Assembly: GCA_012862495.1 (NCBI GenBank)
Contig: BLSG01000132.1
Location: forward strand, 163,704 to 197,767
DNA length: 34,064 nt
Source of the DNA: Thraustochytrium aureum
Lineage: Eukaryota
Direction: 5' to 3'
Below the pieces are notes generated by a model, which was not told the origin of the DNA, ran no database searches, and was given only the letters and a program-made list of their open reading frames with translations. Shown piece after piece: positions 21,301-31,191 of the stretch. Every line of letters starts with the position of its first letter. Position 1 is the stretch's first letter. The position numbers were made by a program, and so were the translations under genes.

Positions 21301-21515
21301 CGGCCAGCCCCGTCGCGCCACCACGCCGCCACGCCGCGCTCGACTCGATCCGGCTCAAAGGCAGGCAGCATCTCTCGGCCATAGCACGGATGCCGCAATG
21401 CACTGCTTTCCGCCGTCGCCAGGGCTCTCGCCGCAGCAGCGTGCGTCCGCTGGCCGAGCCCATTTCGGGGCAGCCGCCATCCTCGCCGCAAAAGTGCGGC
21501 CATGGACCTCGACAT
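18381..21515 (-). CDS. VARS2: Valyl-tRNA synthetase, probably mitochondrial
   Basis: PPPNVTGQLHIGHA, PGMDHAGIATQ, TTRLETMLGDTAVA, GTGAVKVTPAHD, DWCVSRQLWWGHRIP, DVLDTWFSS, KMSKSLGN, and a C-terminal coiled arm. The first ATG (21515) gives an Arg-rich presequence-like start, MSRSMAALLRRGWRLPR. Confidence 0.96.
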   Translation of the reverse strand: MSRSMAALLRRGWRLPRNGLGQRTHAAAARALATAESSALRHPCYGREMLPAFEPDRVERGVAAWWRDGAGRGKPSSGKVFSMVIPPPNVTGQLHIGHALTVTVQDALVRYHEMRGDKVVWVPGMDHAGIATQAVVERRLAKAEGLTRHDLGRDAFLERVWEWVGEHKGKIGTQLSRLGARLDWDREVFTMDEIRSRAVTETFVELHRRGLIYRDVRLVNWCPHLRTVISDLEVEHEELGGALMVRLPGQQAAVELGVMHDFAYPVKGGGELVVSTTRLETMLGDTAVAIHPDDPRYASLHGKAVVHPFFPDREIPIVLDAQLVDMELGTGAVKVTPAHDENDFACGQRHGLPSITILDDDGKLNAACGPEMAGMDRFAARSELVRRLEQLGLYRGKRANPMRIARCSRSGDLIEPMLKPQWFVRCDAMAQKALDLARNGKLDIQPAWHAKTWEHFLSNIRDWCVSRQLWWGHRIPAFRVVAVPGSSENGLGDASEERWVVAATREEAERLAAAEHGLTPGSFVLKQDEDVLDTWFSSALFPLSALGWPDALAFDKSAYPLSLMETGADILFFWVARMVMLCSEMHEGGEPPFQKVFLHPIIRDRQGRKMSKSLGNVIDPLNVIDGTTLEALLEGLRSGNLDTKEVGRASDNLRAEFPDGIPACGADALRLALASYMHSGEAINLDLSRVVTWRHFGNKLWNAVRFVLMQEPPPSAGTSSSGRLADVALPLETRWICSRLAGCVEACETAHGEADLARVTQAVFDFVVSDFCDVYLEASKRLLRDQAEREATLRVLVDCVDATLRLLHPLAPFITEELWHRCLASHVVQRSAPIISGCSRRETCSGADSIASQPFPSVAVWGQARDVEAERDMGLVMACVSASRGLREKLVGVLDAKTLSQRVQLVSTSADAADAVNVLRANEGVMLALSRFAAVEFVHDDGGAEVGPALEQALRPGLVVRLPLRFEHGEREKVAKEIKRLANQLGKAHKQEERLRATLDSERYQSKAPPHVIAKDRERLVELQATSNALQTSMGTLKALVGGA

Positions 21516-21724
21516 CGTCGCCCGCACTCGAGCGATGCCAACCGCGCTGCGCAGTGCTTCCTGCCCCAGCGCGCCTCGGACGCGCCTGCTCGCGCGGGTC
21601 GGCCGCGGCTTCGATTGAGGTCTGCTGCAATATGTGGTCGCCCTCGAAGGAGATGCTTTTTTAGAGTACTTCTACTATGATGGCAGGCAGGGCTGGACGC
21701 GGTCCAGGAGCTCGAGGACTTGGC

Positions 21725-21770
21725 CGTGCGTGCGTGGCTGCGTGCGTGCGCGGCTGCGTGCGTGCGTGGG
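21725..21770. repeat. (GTGC)n degenerate microsatellite
   Basis: gtgcgtgcgtggctgcgtgcgtgcgcggctgcgtgcgtgcgtgg, upstream of ValRS. Confidence 0.75.
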
Positions 21771-21897
21771 TCGTTCGTTGGGCATCGAGTCTGGTCCGCA
21801 CGTTTTGGACGGGCGGCACGGACCTTGGTTTTTGTTGTTACATGCATGTTCAGACTTTTGGACCCCAAGGTGAAGAGGTCGGGCTGCGGCGGGTGTG

Positions 21898-24800
21898 CTA
21901 GTGCTTGCCGCGGGCCGTCTTTGCGGCCTCGATCTTCCATTGCGGGAGCTGCGGGCCGTGGAGGCCCTCGAGCTCGTGGATCTGGTTGGCGACAAAGTCC
22001 TTGTCGTACGGGATGCGCTCCTTCTGGACGTAAATCATGTAGCGGTACAGGATCTCCCCGCGGATGCACTCCTCCTTGGCCTCCTTGGAGGAGCGCAGTT
22101 TGCACGAGGCCCAGCGCTTTTTGATGTACTTGTCCATCTCGCGCTTGTGCGAGGCGCGCTGCTTTTGCACAAAGTCCTGCAGCCCGGCGGCTTTGCGCAG
22201 CTGGCTGCGCGTCAGAAACCTCGGCTCGGCCGTGAACCACAGGCAAGGGTCGTAGGCGTGCCCATACCTGCGCTCTTCCATCTCGCTGAATACTAGCTTG
22301 AGCGAGCCGTACGAGTCCCCGTACGTCATGCGCGAGAACGCTGCAGGCGCGGCGGCCATCTCTAGGACGACTTTTCGACGGAGCTCGGCGAGGCGCGCGA
22401 GGACGAGCCGCACCTCTTCGGAGACGGCGCCGACGGCATCTCCAGGAAAGAGCGACTCGTGAGACGGGTCGCCGCTGACGCCCGTAAGGTGCACGCGAAA
22501 GTCCTCGTCGATTGCAAAGTTGAGCGCGAAGAGGTGGTGGAAATGCTTGCCGACTGCCCCGGCTTGCTCCCCTCCAGCATCTGCCCCACTGCCCCGATCC
22601 CGGCCATCGTTGGCGTCGTCGCCGCTTGGGTCGTCTACTGCGATGTGGCTGGAGGCGCGCTGGATGGCGCCCCGCCCGCTGTGGAACACATACTCGAGGA
22701 CCTTGTTCAGGTACGGGCGGAGCACCGAACTGACGTAGTGGGGGCTAGTGATCTGTTGGCTCGCAAGATGGTACTGAAAGCTCTCGAACGTGAGAACGTG
22801 CTCGCCGAGGCGCAGTCCGTCCTGCTCGGCGTCGTCCGCGTCGCCGCGACGGCGCACCGGCCTCGCTGACCGAAGGTACCCGTCATGGTAAAAAACCTTA
22901 GCGGCTCCACCGACGCGATGAGCATGTACGCGCGCACGTCGTAAGCCACGCGCAGGGGCTTGCCCGTGATCTCGGCGGCCGCCAGCTCGCTGTAGAGGGC
23001 GTTTTCCGGGTTGATCAGGTCGAGCTCCTCTTCCAGGGCGGACGCCGACTTGCGGCGGTCCTTGGCGCTCTCCGCTGAGCCAAACTCGAGCTTGATGCGC
23101 TCCGCCTTGTGTAATGCGGCTNNNNNNNNNNNNNNNNNNNNNNNNNNNNNNNNNNNNNNNNNNNNNNNNNNNNNNNNNNNNNNNNNNNNNNNNNNNNNNN
23201 NNNNNNNNNNNNNNNNNNNNNNNNNNNNNNNNNNNNNNNNNNNNNNNNNNNNNNNNNNNNNNNNNNNNNNNNNNNNNNNNNNNNNNNNNNNNNNNNNNNN
23301 NNNNNNNNNNNNNNNNNNNNNNNNNNNNNNNNNNNNNNNNNNNNNNNNNNNNNNNNNNNNNNNNNNNNNNNNNNNNNNNNNNNNNNNNNNNNNNNNNNNN
23401 NTGCGGCTACATCGAGCAAGAGGGGCTTGCGCACAACCGCCTGAGCTATCCATGGCGGCGCTGCGACCTCTGCCGCGGAGTCCTCGCCGCCTCCAGTCCC
23501 CGCGCGCTGCTGCGTGCAAGGGAACAGCCCCGGGTCATTGCGGATGTCCGCCGCGGACTCGAAAAAGACGAGCCCGTCGCCGCCCCCGCGACCCTCGACC
23601 TGCTTGAGGATGTATGGCTGCGGACTGGCCGCGTCGGCGTCAGCATCCGCTATCGCGCCTAGAAGCTTGGCGCAGTCGCGGTGCCGGTCGAGTCTGAATG
23701 TGGGCGGCTCTATCCCGAGCGCGTCGTAGTTGCAGGTCGCGTTGAGGGACCGCGGAAGAGTGCGCCTGGCCTGCAGCGTGTCCGACTTCTCGCCACCGAT
23801 GTGGCGCCAGCCAGGGACGCGCGGGACAAAGCGGTCCTCGTCGTCGTAGGCGGCAGTGGACGCTCGCTTGGTTGCCCCGCTGATCTTTGCGAGGATCTTG
23901 TTGGCATGCTTGAGCGGCGCAGAGAGGGCCATATTGTCCGCAAACTCTTCGCAAGGGTTGTACTTTTCCCCGCGGAGCCTTTCGGTGACCTCGGAGGAGA
24001 CGAGCTGCCAGTTGCCGAAGCGGTCGCCGGGGCGCATCATCGGAAACGGGTACGGGTGCTCGTGCATTTCTTGGACGAGGTCCATGAGGTGCTCGACCAT
24101 CTTGCGCGAGTCAAAGTTGATGCTCCAGGTGAACCCCGGGTACCCGTTGGCCTCGATGAAGTGGACGTGAAAGTCGTCGTCGATCATAAAGTCGAGCCCG
24201 ATGATCTGGTACGACCCCGGGCGCGGCTTGATCTTGTGCACCGCGCTTTTGAAGACGAACTGGGACACGGCGCGGATGTACGGGTTGAGGATCGAGTCGA
24301 TGTAGTGGGCCCCAGTTGTGCCGCTCTCGCTGAGGTATTCCTGAAACGAGTGGAAGGGCCAGATGTGGTCCGAGAGCTTGAAGCCCGCTTTCATGCTCTG
24401 AAAGTGCGTGTTGGTCAAGTAGACCTTTCTATCCTTCGAGTTGGCCGAGTAGGCCCACAGCGAGCGCCGCAGGTAGCCCTCGTGGTAGAAGACGAGCCAC
24501 GGGTCCGAACTCGCGATGAGCATGTAGACGCGGACGTCAAACTTGCACTCGTGCAGCAGCAGCGGGCGCTCGATGTACTGCTGCACCAGCGCGCGGCTGG
24601 TGGCGGGCATCTTTTGGCGCGTCTCGCACGGGAAAAACTCGGGCCGCTTGCTCTTCACGTCCTCCACGTTGGCGTGAAAGGTGATGCCCTGGCCCTGCGA
24701 GCCGGCCTCCGGTTTGAGCAGCCAGGTCAGTCCGCGGCTCTGCGCGTCCAGGGCGACGAGATCGTCGCACTCGTCTTTGACGTAAAGCCGGTACTGGGCC

Positions 24801-26389
24801 GGCTGGATGCCGAGGTCGTTGTACTTGCACTGGAACCGCCGTGCGAACTTCATCTTGGTTCGCAGCTGCTGGCCTTTGTTGCCTCCGATCGCGTCGCCCC
24901 CGTCAAACGCGGTGATGTACGTCGATCCCTGGTAGGTGTCGTGCACCTTTGCGAAGAGATCGGCGCGCACCGTCTGCAGGTGGTTTAGGTTGGTCGTGTC
25001 GGCCATCAGGAACGTCTGGTGGTAGTTTATTTCCTTGTATTCCCGCGTCCCATTCACGAGGCAGGTCTTGAACCGCATGCTCCATCCGCGGTCGAGCATC
25101 TCCTCGATCTCGAGCCCGCGGCAGCCCTCGCGCAGGCACCCAAACGTGCGGCGCTTGCTTTGGACGACAGCTCGGGTCACTTTGCGAGGGATCTGGAGGA
25201 GCGGCCGAGGCTTGGTGCGCGTTGCGCTGGAGTTGTGTTGGCGCAGCAGCGGGCGCAGCTCCCGCCAGCTCAGAGGCCGCGGGCGGGCAAGGGCGGGGTC
25301 AAAGTCGAACCCAACGTTGCTGTACAGTTTGCCGCCGGCCCCCGCCGATGCCCACCCGCCCCCGCCGGTGCCGAGCCCTCCAAAACCCCAACTTGGAAAT
25401 CGCGGCAGGCTCGGTAGAGAGGGGAGGCGCGGCATTACGCTCATTGTGGTGTCCCAGGCGGCCTCCACAACGACCATCACCTCGAGCACGGCAATGTAGA
25501 GCATCCCTGTTCCGACGAGGCCGACGACGGCCCACGTCTTCCAATCGGCCCTTTTCTTCTTCTTGGTCTTCGTCTTGCCGTTGCGCGTTCCGGTCTCCAG
25601 GTCCCCGTCCGCGTCGCTGCTGGCTTCGCTTGATTCGCCGCTTGATTCGCCGCTCGATTCGCTGCTCGTCTCGCTGTTGTCCTCCCCGCTGTCTTCGCTG
25701 CAGCTGGTTTCGGAATCCGACCCTGCACCTTCTGCTGCACCGGCGGCCGGCTCCAAGCTTGCCTTGAGGGCAGGCTCAGGTGGTGGTTGCGGGGCTCGGG
25801 TTGGCCAACCCATTCCGTCGGCGCCGTGCGACGGGATCTCGTGAACCTCGCCGCCGTCAACGCTCGCACGTGGTCCGAGCTCGGCTGCACGCGGCGGCGT
25901 GCAAGTTTCGTTGCAAGTCGCTGCGGTGTGCTGTTTCGCGCTCCCGCCGCTCCAGGCCTCGTCCAGCGGTTCGTTGGAGAGTGCCCTTCCTTCATCGCTC
26001 CCGTCCGCCGCGCGGGCCTTCACAGGAGCAACTTGAGCAGAGGCCTTCTCGTCTCCACTAGCCGGGCCTTCTTCCGAGGACTCGTAGCCGCTTGGCGGGT
26101 CTGCCTCGCTCGGATTCGACTCTCGGCTGCTCGACTGTGTCGACTGCGTCGACGAGATGGACGAGCTCACAAACCGTCCAGTAAACCTACTCCAGAGCCC
26201 CGGGCCGCCACTTCCATCCGCGCCGCTCTCCCCGCTCCCTGATCCGCTATCACCGCTCTCCGAGCCGCTATCACCGCTCTGTGAGCCGCTCTCAGCGCTG
26301 TGCGAGCATGTTTCGCCGCTCGCGTCCGCGACACTGTCCCCGGCGAGCCGACCATCGTCCTCACGCAGCGCCTCGCCGCTGTCCTGCAT
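21898..26389 (-). CDS. Membrane-anchored tubulin-tyrosine-ligase-like protein with two tandem ATP-grasp domains
   Basis: Domain 1: WLLKPEAGSQGQGI, LVQQYIERPLLL, KFDVRVYMLI, YHEGYLRRS, YLTNTHFQ, IGLDFMIDDDFHVHFIEANGYP. Domain 2 continues across the gap (23122-23401) and a homopolymer frameshift (~22890) into ORF 21898-22857: YDVRAYMLIASVEP..F(YHDGYLR), FALNFAIDEDFRVHL. A hydrophobic segment lies at 25454-25534. First in-frame ATG is 26389. Confidence 0.85.
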
Positions 26390-26720
26390 CGTCCTTGCCG
26401 CTCCAGTGCGCTGCAGCAGCAGCAGCAGCAGCAAGCACCTCAGCCAAGCGCGAGGTGGGCTCCGCCATCCGTGAGGCGCGTCGCCAGGCTAATTGCACGC
26501 GAGGAGGCCGCGGCGCCAGCCTCGCGCGCAGCGAACTGCGAGCGAGCGCGCTGCCCTGCGCGAGCGGCCGCTGGCCAGGGGCTGCGCTGCGCTCGCTCGC
26601 AGGGCCCTGCGCGATCGATCGATCGCCCGCGATCCCCTCGCCGCGCAGCTGTTCCGGGTCTGCGCCCGCCTGCGCCTCCACCTTGTCCACGTGGACAAGT
26701 GCTGCTGGGCCAGGTTCGAC

Positions 26721-26786
26721 GATCATCGACCATCGATCATCGACCATCGATCATCGACCATCGATCGATCGATCGATCGATCGATT
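26721..26786. repeat. GATCATCGACCATC x3 followed by (GATC)n
   Basis: Directly visible 14-nt tandem units that run into about 5-6 GATC copies. Confidence 0.9.
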
Positions 26787-26863
26787 GGCCACGCCGACCG
26801 CGCTGTACTTGCCGAGCATGGGCGATTGATCTCGCCGAGGACGCCGAGCGTGCATGTGTGCAT

Positions 26864-26937
26864 GCTGATCGTGACGAGTATGAATGATCACCTCGAGGAC
26901 GCTGATCGTGACGAGTATGAATGATCACGTCGAGGAT
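26864..26937. repeat. 37-bp tandem duplication
   Basis: GCTGATCGTGACGAGTATGAATGATCAC(C/G)TCGAGGA at 26864 and 26901. Confidence 0.9.
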
Positions 26938-26987
26938 GCTGTGCATGGATGATCATTTTTTCACGTGCCAACATGTCGAGAACGAAT

Positions 26988-27157
26988 GATCACGCCGAGC
27001 ATGCGGTACATGGGCGATCGATCACGCCAAGCAGGCGGTACATGGCGATCGATCGCGCCAAGCAGGCGGTACATGGCGATCGATCGCGCCGACCGTGCCG
27101 TACATGGGCTATCGATCGCGCCGACCCTGCCGCACTTGGGCGATCGATCGCGCCGAC
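26988..27157. repeat. 31-32-bp minisatellite, ~5.4 copies, with palindromic junctions
   Basis: Units such as GATCGCGCCAAGCAGGCGGTACATGGCGATC; the junctions form the palindrome GCGATCGATCGC. Confidence 0.9.
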
Positions 27158-27847
27158 TATGAGCGACCATGCAGAGCACAGGCTAGCCTATCGATCATGC
27201 CGTGCATGGACGACCACGAGAGCAGGTCTGTGCGAGATGGTGCCGCCGTCAAAGGCCCAGGCTGGTCCCGAGCGGATGGGCGAGCGGCGCTCGGCACCCC
27301 ACCCCGCTCGCACTCGCACACGTCTGCGTGCGCGCTCGCCTTGCTCGGGTCGCGCGGAGAGCAATGGAATCAGTTCACGAGCGCCTGGTCGCGCGCCGGA
27401 TTGCGCCGCGGCGTGGGTGGTGGTGTGTCGGACGAACGAGCGAAAGCTCCATGTGCGGGACGAGCCNNNNNNNNNNNNNNNNNNNNNNNNNNNNNNNNNN
27501 NNNNNNNNNNNNNNNNNNNNNNNNNNNNNNNNNNNNNNNNNNNNNNNNNNNNNNNNNNNNNNNNNNNNNNNNNNNNNNNNNNNNNNNNNNNNNNNNNNNN
27601 NNNNNNNNNNNNNNNNAGGCTGGCTGGAAGACAGACACCAATCCCGCGATCAGTCCCGTTGACAGCAGCGGCTGCGGCGCAGGGTCGAGCGAGCAGGGTA
27701 CTGGCGGCTTCTGGCGGCTCCGACTCTGCTGTTTCTGCGCGAGCGACTTGCCGGGGGGCCGGCCGGCTGGCTGTTTCGGTGAGCGTCGGTCGTGAAAGGT
27801 CGACGCGAGCTGGGCCTTGACCTCGCCGAGCAAGTCGGTCAAGAACG

Positions 27848-28747
27848 ATGGCAGGTGGCAGCGGGCCGGGCGGCGAGCCCCCTGCGCCGGTGTTCTGGAA
27901 GACCGTCGTGGCTGGCGGGACGGCGGGGATCGCAGAGATCTCGGCCATGTACCCGACGGACGTGGCCAAGACGCGCGCGCAGATCAGCAAGGTGCCGGTC
28001 GGAATGATGCAGACGTTTCGGGATATCCTGAAGACCCAGGGGCCGATGGGCCTCTACCGCGGCGTGTTCACGCCCATTCTCGCAGAGGCGCCTAAGCGCG
28101 CGTGGAAGTTTGGCGCAAACGACCAGTTCAAGCGCCTCATCGCGAGTGTCTCGCCTGAGGGAAAGCTGAGCGTTTCCGGGTCTGCCGCAGCTGGCGCCCT
28201 GGCGGGCGTCTCGGAGGCGCTGGTGAACTGCCCCTTCGAGACGGTCAAGGTCCGTATGCAAGACCCGGCCAACATCGCGCGGTTCGCGACCTCTTCGCAG
28301 TGTTTCGGAGCCCTCGTGCGTGAGGAAGGGCTCATGGCCCTCTACAGCGGGCTGGCACCGCAGATGTGGCGCAACGGGTTTTGGAATGGGCTGTACTTTG
28401 GAACCATCGGCCTTGCTGCGATCAAGTTTCCGCTCGCAGCGGACGCTCCCAAGGAGCAAAAGCTAGGCTACAAGTTCGGCACTGGTGTGGTTGGCAGTAT
28501 GATTGGCACGTTGGCCAACACGCCTTTCGACGTGGTCAAGAGCCGCATGCAGCAGCAAATGGGTCCTGGCCCCGATGGCCAGGTCAAGTACCGGGGAACT
28601 TGGCAGTCGATCGGCCTCATCTGGCGCGAGGAAGGGTTCTCAGCGCTGTACAAGGGCCTCGGCCCAAGGCTTGTGCGCCTCGGCCCAGGGGGTGGGATTA
28701 TGATTGTCGCCTTTGACTTTGTCTCCAACCTGCTCAAGGACATGTGA
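27848..28747 (+). CDS. SLC25A21: Mitochondrial 2-oxodicarboxylate carrier (ODC / SLC25A21 family)
   Basis: Three carrier signatures (YPTDVAKTR, CPFETVKVR, TPFDVVKSR) and ODC-type motifs PILAEAPKRAWKF, RNGFWNGLYFG, LYKGLGPRLVRLGPGGGIMI. 299 aa and intact. Confidence 0.9.
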   Translation: MAGGSGPGGEPPAPVFWKTVVAGGTAGIAEISAMYPTDVAKTRAQISKVPVGMMQTFRDILKTQGPMGLYRGVFTPILAEAPKRAWKFGANDQFKRLIASVSPEGKLSVSGSAAAGALAGVSEALVNCPFETVKVRMQDPANIARFATSSQCFGALVREEGLMALYSGLAPQMWRNGFWNGLYFGTIGLAAIKFPLAADAPKEQKLGYKFGTGVVGSMIGTLANTPFDVVKSRMQQQMGPGPDGQVKYRGTWQSIGLIWREEGFSALYKGLGPRLVRLGPGGGIMIVAFDFVSNLLKDM

Positions 28748-29020
28748 CGACTTTTGTTGTTTGTTGGCCTTGAGCACATCGCTGCGGCCCGTCGGAAAGG
28801 GATTTCTTGCGAATTAATGCTGCTAGCTCACAAACTGGTTTCCTGATTCCAGCCCCCTGCCTCCTTGTCCTGCGCCCTGCACCTCAGAGTTGCGCGCGCG
28901 CAAGTGCTGGGCTCCATCTATCTCTCTAGAGATGGTCGAATGCCTGCCGGATCGGCCTCGAACATGCTGGCTTCCGAGCTTTACCAAAAGTCAACCTGCG
29001 GCTTCTCCAGCGGGCGTACG

Positions 29021-30563
29021 CTACGCGCTAAGATCATCGAACGTTTTGAAAGGTTCGGGAGGTTCATCGCCTGCGTTGGCATTCGCGTTCGGCATAGACG
29101 ATGAGGCTAAAGCAGTAGCCGACGCTTTCTGTGCGGCGTGTGCTGGCAAAACCGAGGTGCGCTTGTTGACCGCGTCGCGGAGACGCCTTGGCAAACGCGA
29201 AAGCATCACTTGCGAGAAACTGGTTCCGAGCCGTCCAAGCGTCGAGATCACCCAGACAATCGGCCAGCCAGTTGGCGTGCGAATCCACATCCCAGTGGTG
29301 ACCATAGCAAGATACCCTGCAACCGTGAAGATGAGAAAGACCGAGCTTATCACGAGCCAGAAGCGCATGTGCTCAGCTTGCTTAGCAAGGTATGACGTTG
29401 AGTTCGAGACAGTGCCGCTGTCCACGCGCGTTTGAATGCGGAGCTTGGAGACGACCGACCAGCTTTCATGGAGGAAAAACGATGCAGACGCGAGGGACAA
29501 GATCAGGTAAAAGCCACCAACGAAAACCTGACCGTACTCGAGGATTTTGAGGGAAATGAGCGGAGTAGTGTCAATCAAGGCCGCAGCGAATGCCAAACCT
29601 GTCTTGACCGGGTAGCGCACAAATAGGCTCCGCCGAGACCTCGTGTTATTTCCCGCCCCAGTGCTTTTCCTCCTCACGTCGGTCCACATGATGATCACCA
29701 GGATTGTTGTACACGAAGCGAGGCCTGTACATTGCGTCAGCAGAGCGCTTCGTCCAACTTGCAGCAGCCCGTATTCTCTGGCCCACCACTGGTCGTAGTA
29801 CAGAACTGTTGCCAAGATCGAGCACCCAAGCACCTCGATACACAAAACCACAAAACGGCACGCGAATAACTTCTTTCCGAAGTTCGCGATTGCGGATGGC
29901 CCATCTGAGGCGCTCAAACACGTAGAAGGCGGCGAGTGCGGCCGTCGAAGCGAAACCGGTCGGGAACACGCCCCCGAAGATAGCCACATACCACGTGCTT
30001 GAAAACAACGCATCGAATGGGTTGGGGTCTGGAAACGCGTTCACAGCCAATGCGCCAGCACTCAGAGACTGCTCGACCTTGCGCATCTGCTCGTCCGTCC
30101 ATTCAGGGTCGCACCAGAGGTATGCTTTCCCCGGGTGCTTGTCCTCCTCAGGGACTCTGCACTTGGAGCAGAGAGCGCCAATACCACCTCGCGGACCAAA
30201 TCTGGCAACAAGGTTTGCCCCTGCGCTGAAGGACTCGTGGATATCATTGCAAGCGGCGATCTGTGGCAGAACCTCACGGAAATCCAGAACGGCGCGCCCC
30301 GCCATGCTCGTGTTCAGGACCTTCTGGTCACTTTCGCATGTAGATCCTGTGAGGTCGGCTACAGCAAGCGTCCAGTTGAACTCGACTTCGCCCACCGCGT
30401 TCAGAGCGTTATAGCAATGCGTATGCATCCCAGCGAGTTCGGGTGGCTCCAAAATGGTGAGCAGTCCTTCTGCCCTGCTGAGAACGCAGGAATACGTCAA
30501 CAGGAGCAAGGCCAAGGCGCGGTGTGCTTCGACCCGGCTGCTTCCACTGCGTTGCCTCCGCAT
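29021..30563 (-). CDS. Seven-TM receptor-like membrane protein with signal peptide and ectodomain; one apparent frameshift
   Basis: ATG 30563 gives MRRQRSGSSRVEAHRALALLLLTYSCVLSRAEG. Removing one T from the T4 run near 29853 joins the two ORFs (..EVIRVPFVVLCIEVLG..). Seven hydrophobic segments can be counted in the joined product. Confidence 0.65.
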
Positions 30564-30860
30564 CCTCGTGATCCGTCCGCTCCCAAAGATGCGCTTTGAA
30601 GCTGCCGCGTCAAGCGCACAGGGGCCGACCACATTTCGCTCGGAGCAGTCGCAAGGGGGGCTTGAGCACAAGCGCTCGGGAGCGAGCATAGCGCTTGCCG
30701 ACCAGCGCGGTCGCGTTGCGCTTTGCAGCAAGGGCGCTCCGGCCCGCTCATGTTCGGTCTGATGAACGAAGGTTTACGATATCTCGTCATGTGGCTCTTG
30801 CAACGGATCAACAGATCAACGGATTGTCTCCGTAGCGCATGGTATTCCTCGAAGAATTTT

Positions 30861-30913
30861 TCAAAGGGACTCGGAAGCAAGTTCCCTTGTCAAAGGGACT
30901 CGGAAGCAAGTTC
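30861..30913. repeat. 24-bp exact direct repeat (period 29)
   Basis: TCAAAGGGACTCGGAAGCAAGTTC at 30861-30884 and 30890-30913. Confidence 0.9.
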
Positions 30914-31191
30914 TCGTCGCCAAGGAAGTGAGCCATGGTGTCTCCCAGGAAGCCGTTTATCTTCCAAGCAAATTGAAACCAACCCGAGAAAAAGCAAGGC
31001 CCTCTGCGAGCCTCTGCACACTGAGGGCCACAGACCTAGGCCAGCAGCCATCGAAGATCATGCTAGAGTAGTGGACGTATCAGCTTCCAGCTAGGCCGAG
31101 GCCAGCTGGCTGGCGCGACCTCAAACAGAACGCGTAAACGTTTTGCCAACTCCGATTCCCCAGGCGCTTTCGCGAACGCCGTCCCCGAGCC

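Noticed and set aside
21898..22857. Separate 319-aa gene
   Set aside because: It has no proper ATG start and is the C-terminal half of the second TTL domain, joined by a homopolymer indel at ~22890.
26988..27157. Possible CRISPR-like array (palindromic repeats with varying middles)
   Set aside because: The period is only 31-32 bp, the 'spacers' are related to each other, there are no cas genes, and the context is eukaryotic. It is a minisatellite.
18381..28747. Functional cluster of mitochondrial genes (ValRS, ODC carrier, RRM protein)
   Set aside because: They are interspersed with unrelated genes in mixed orientation, which is compatible with chance.
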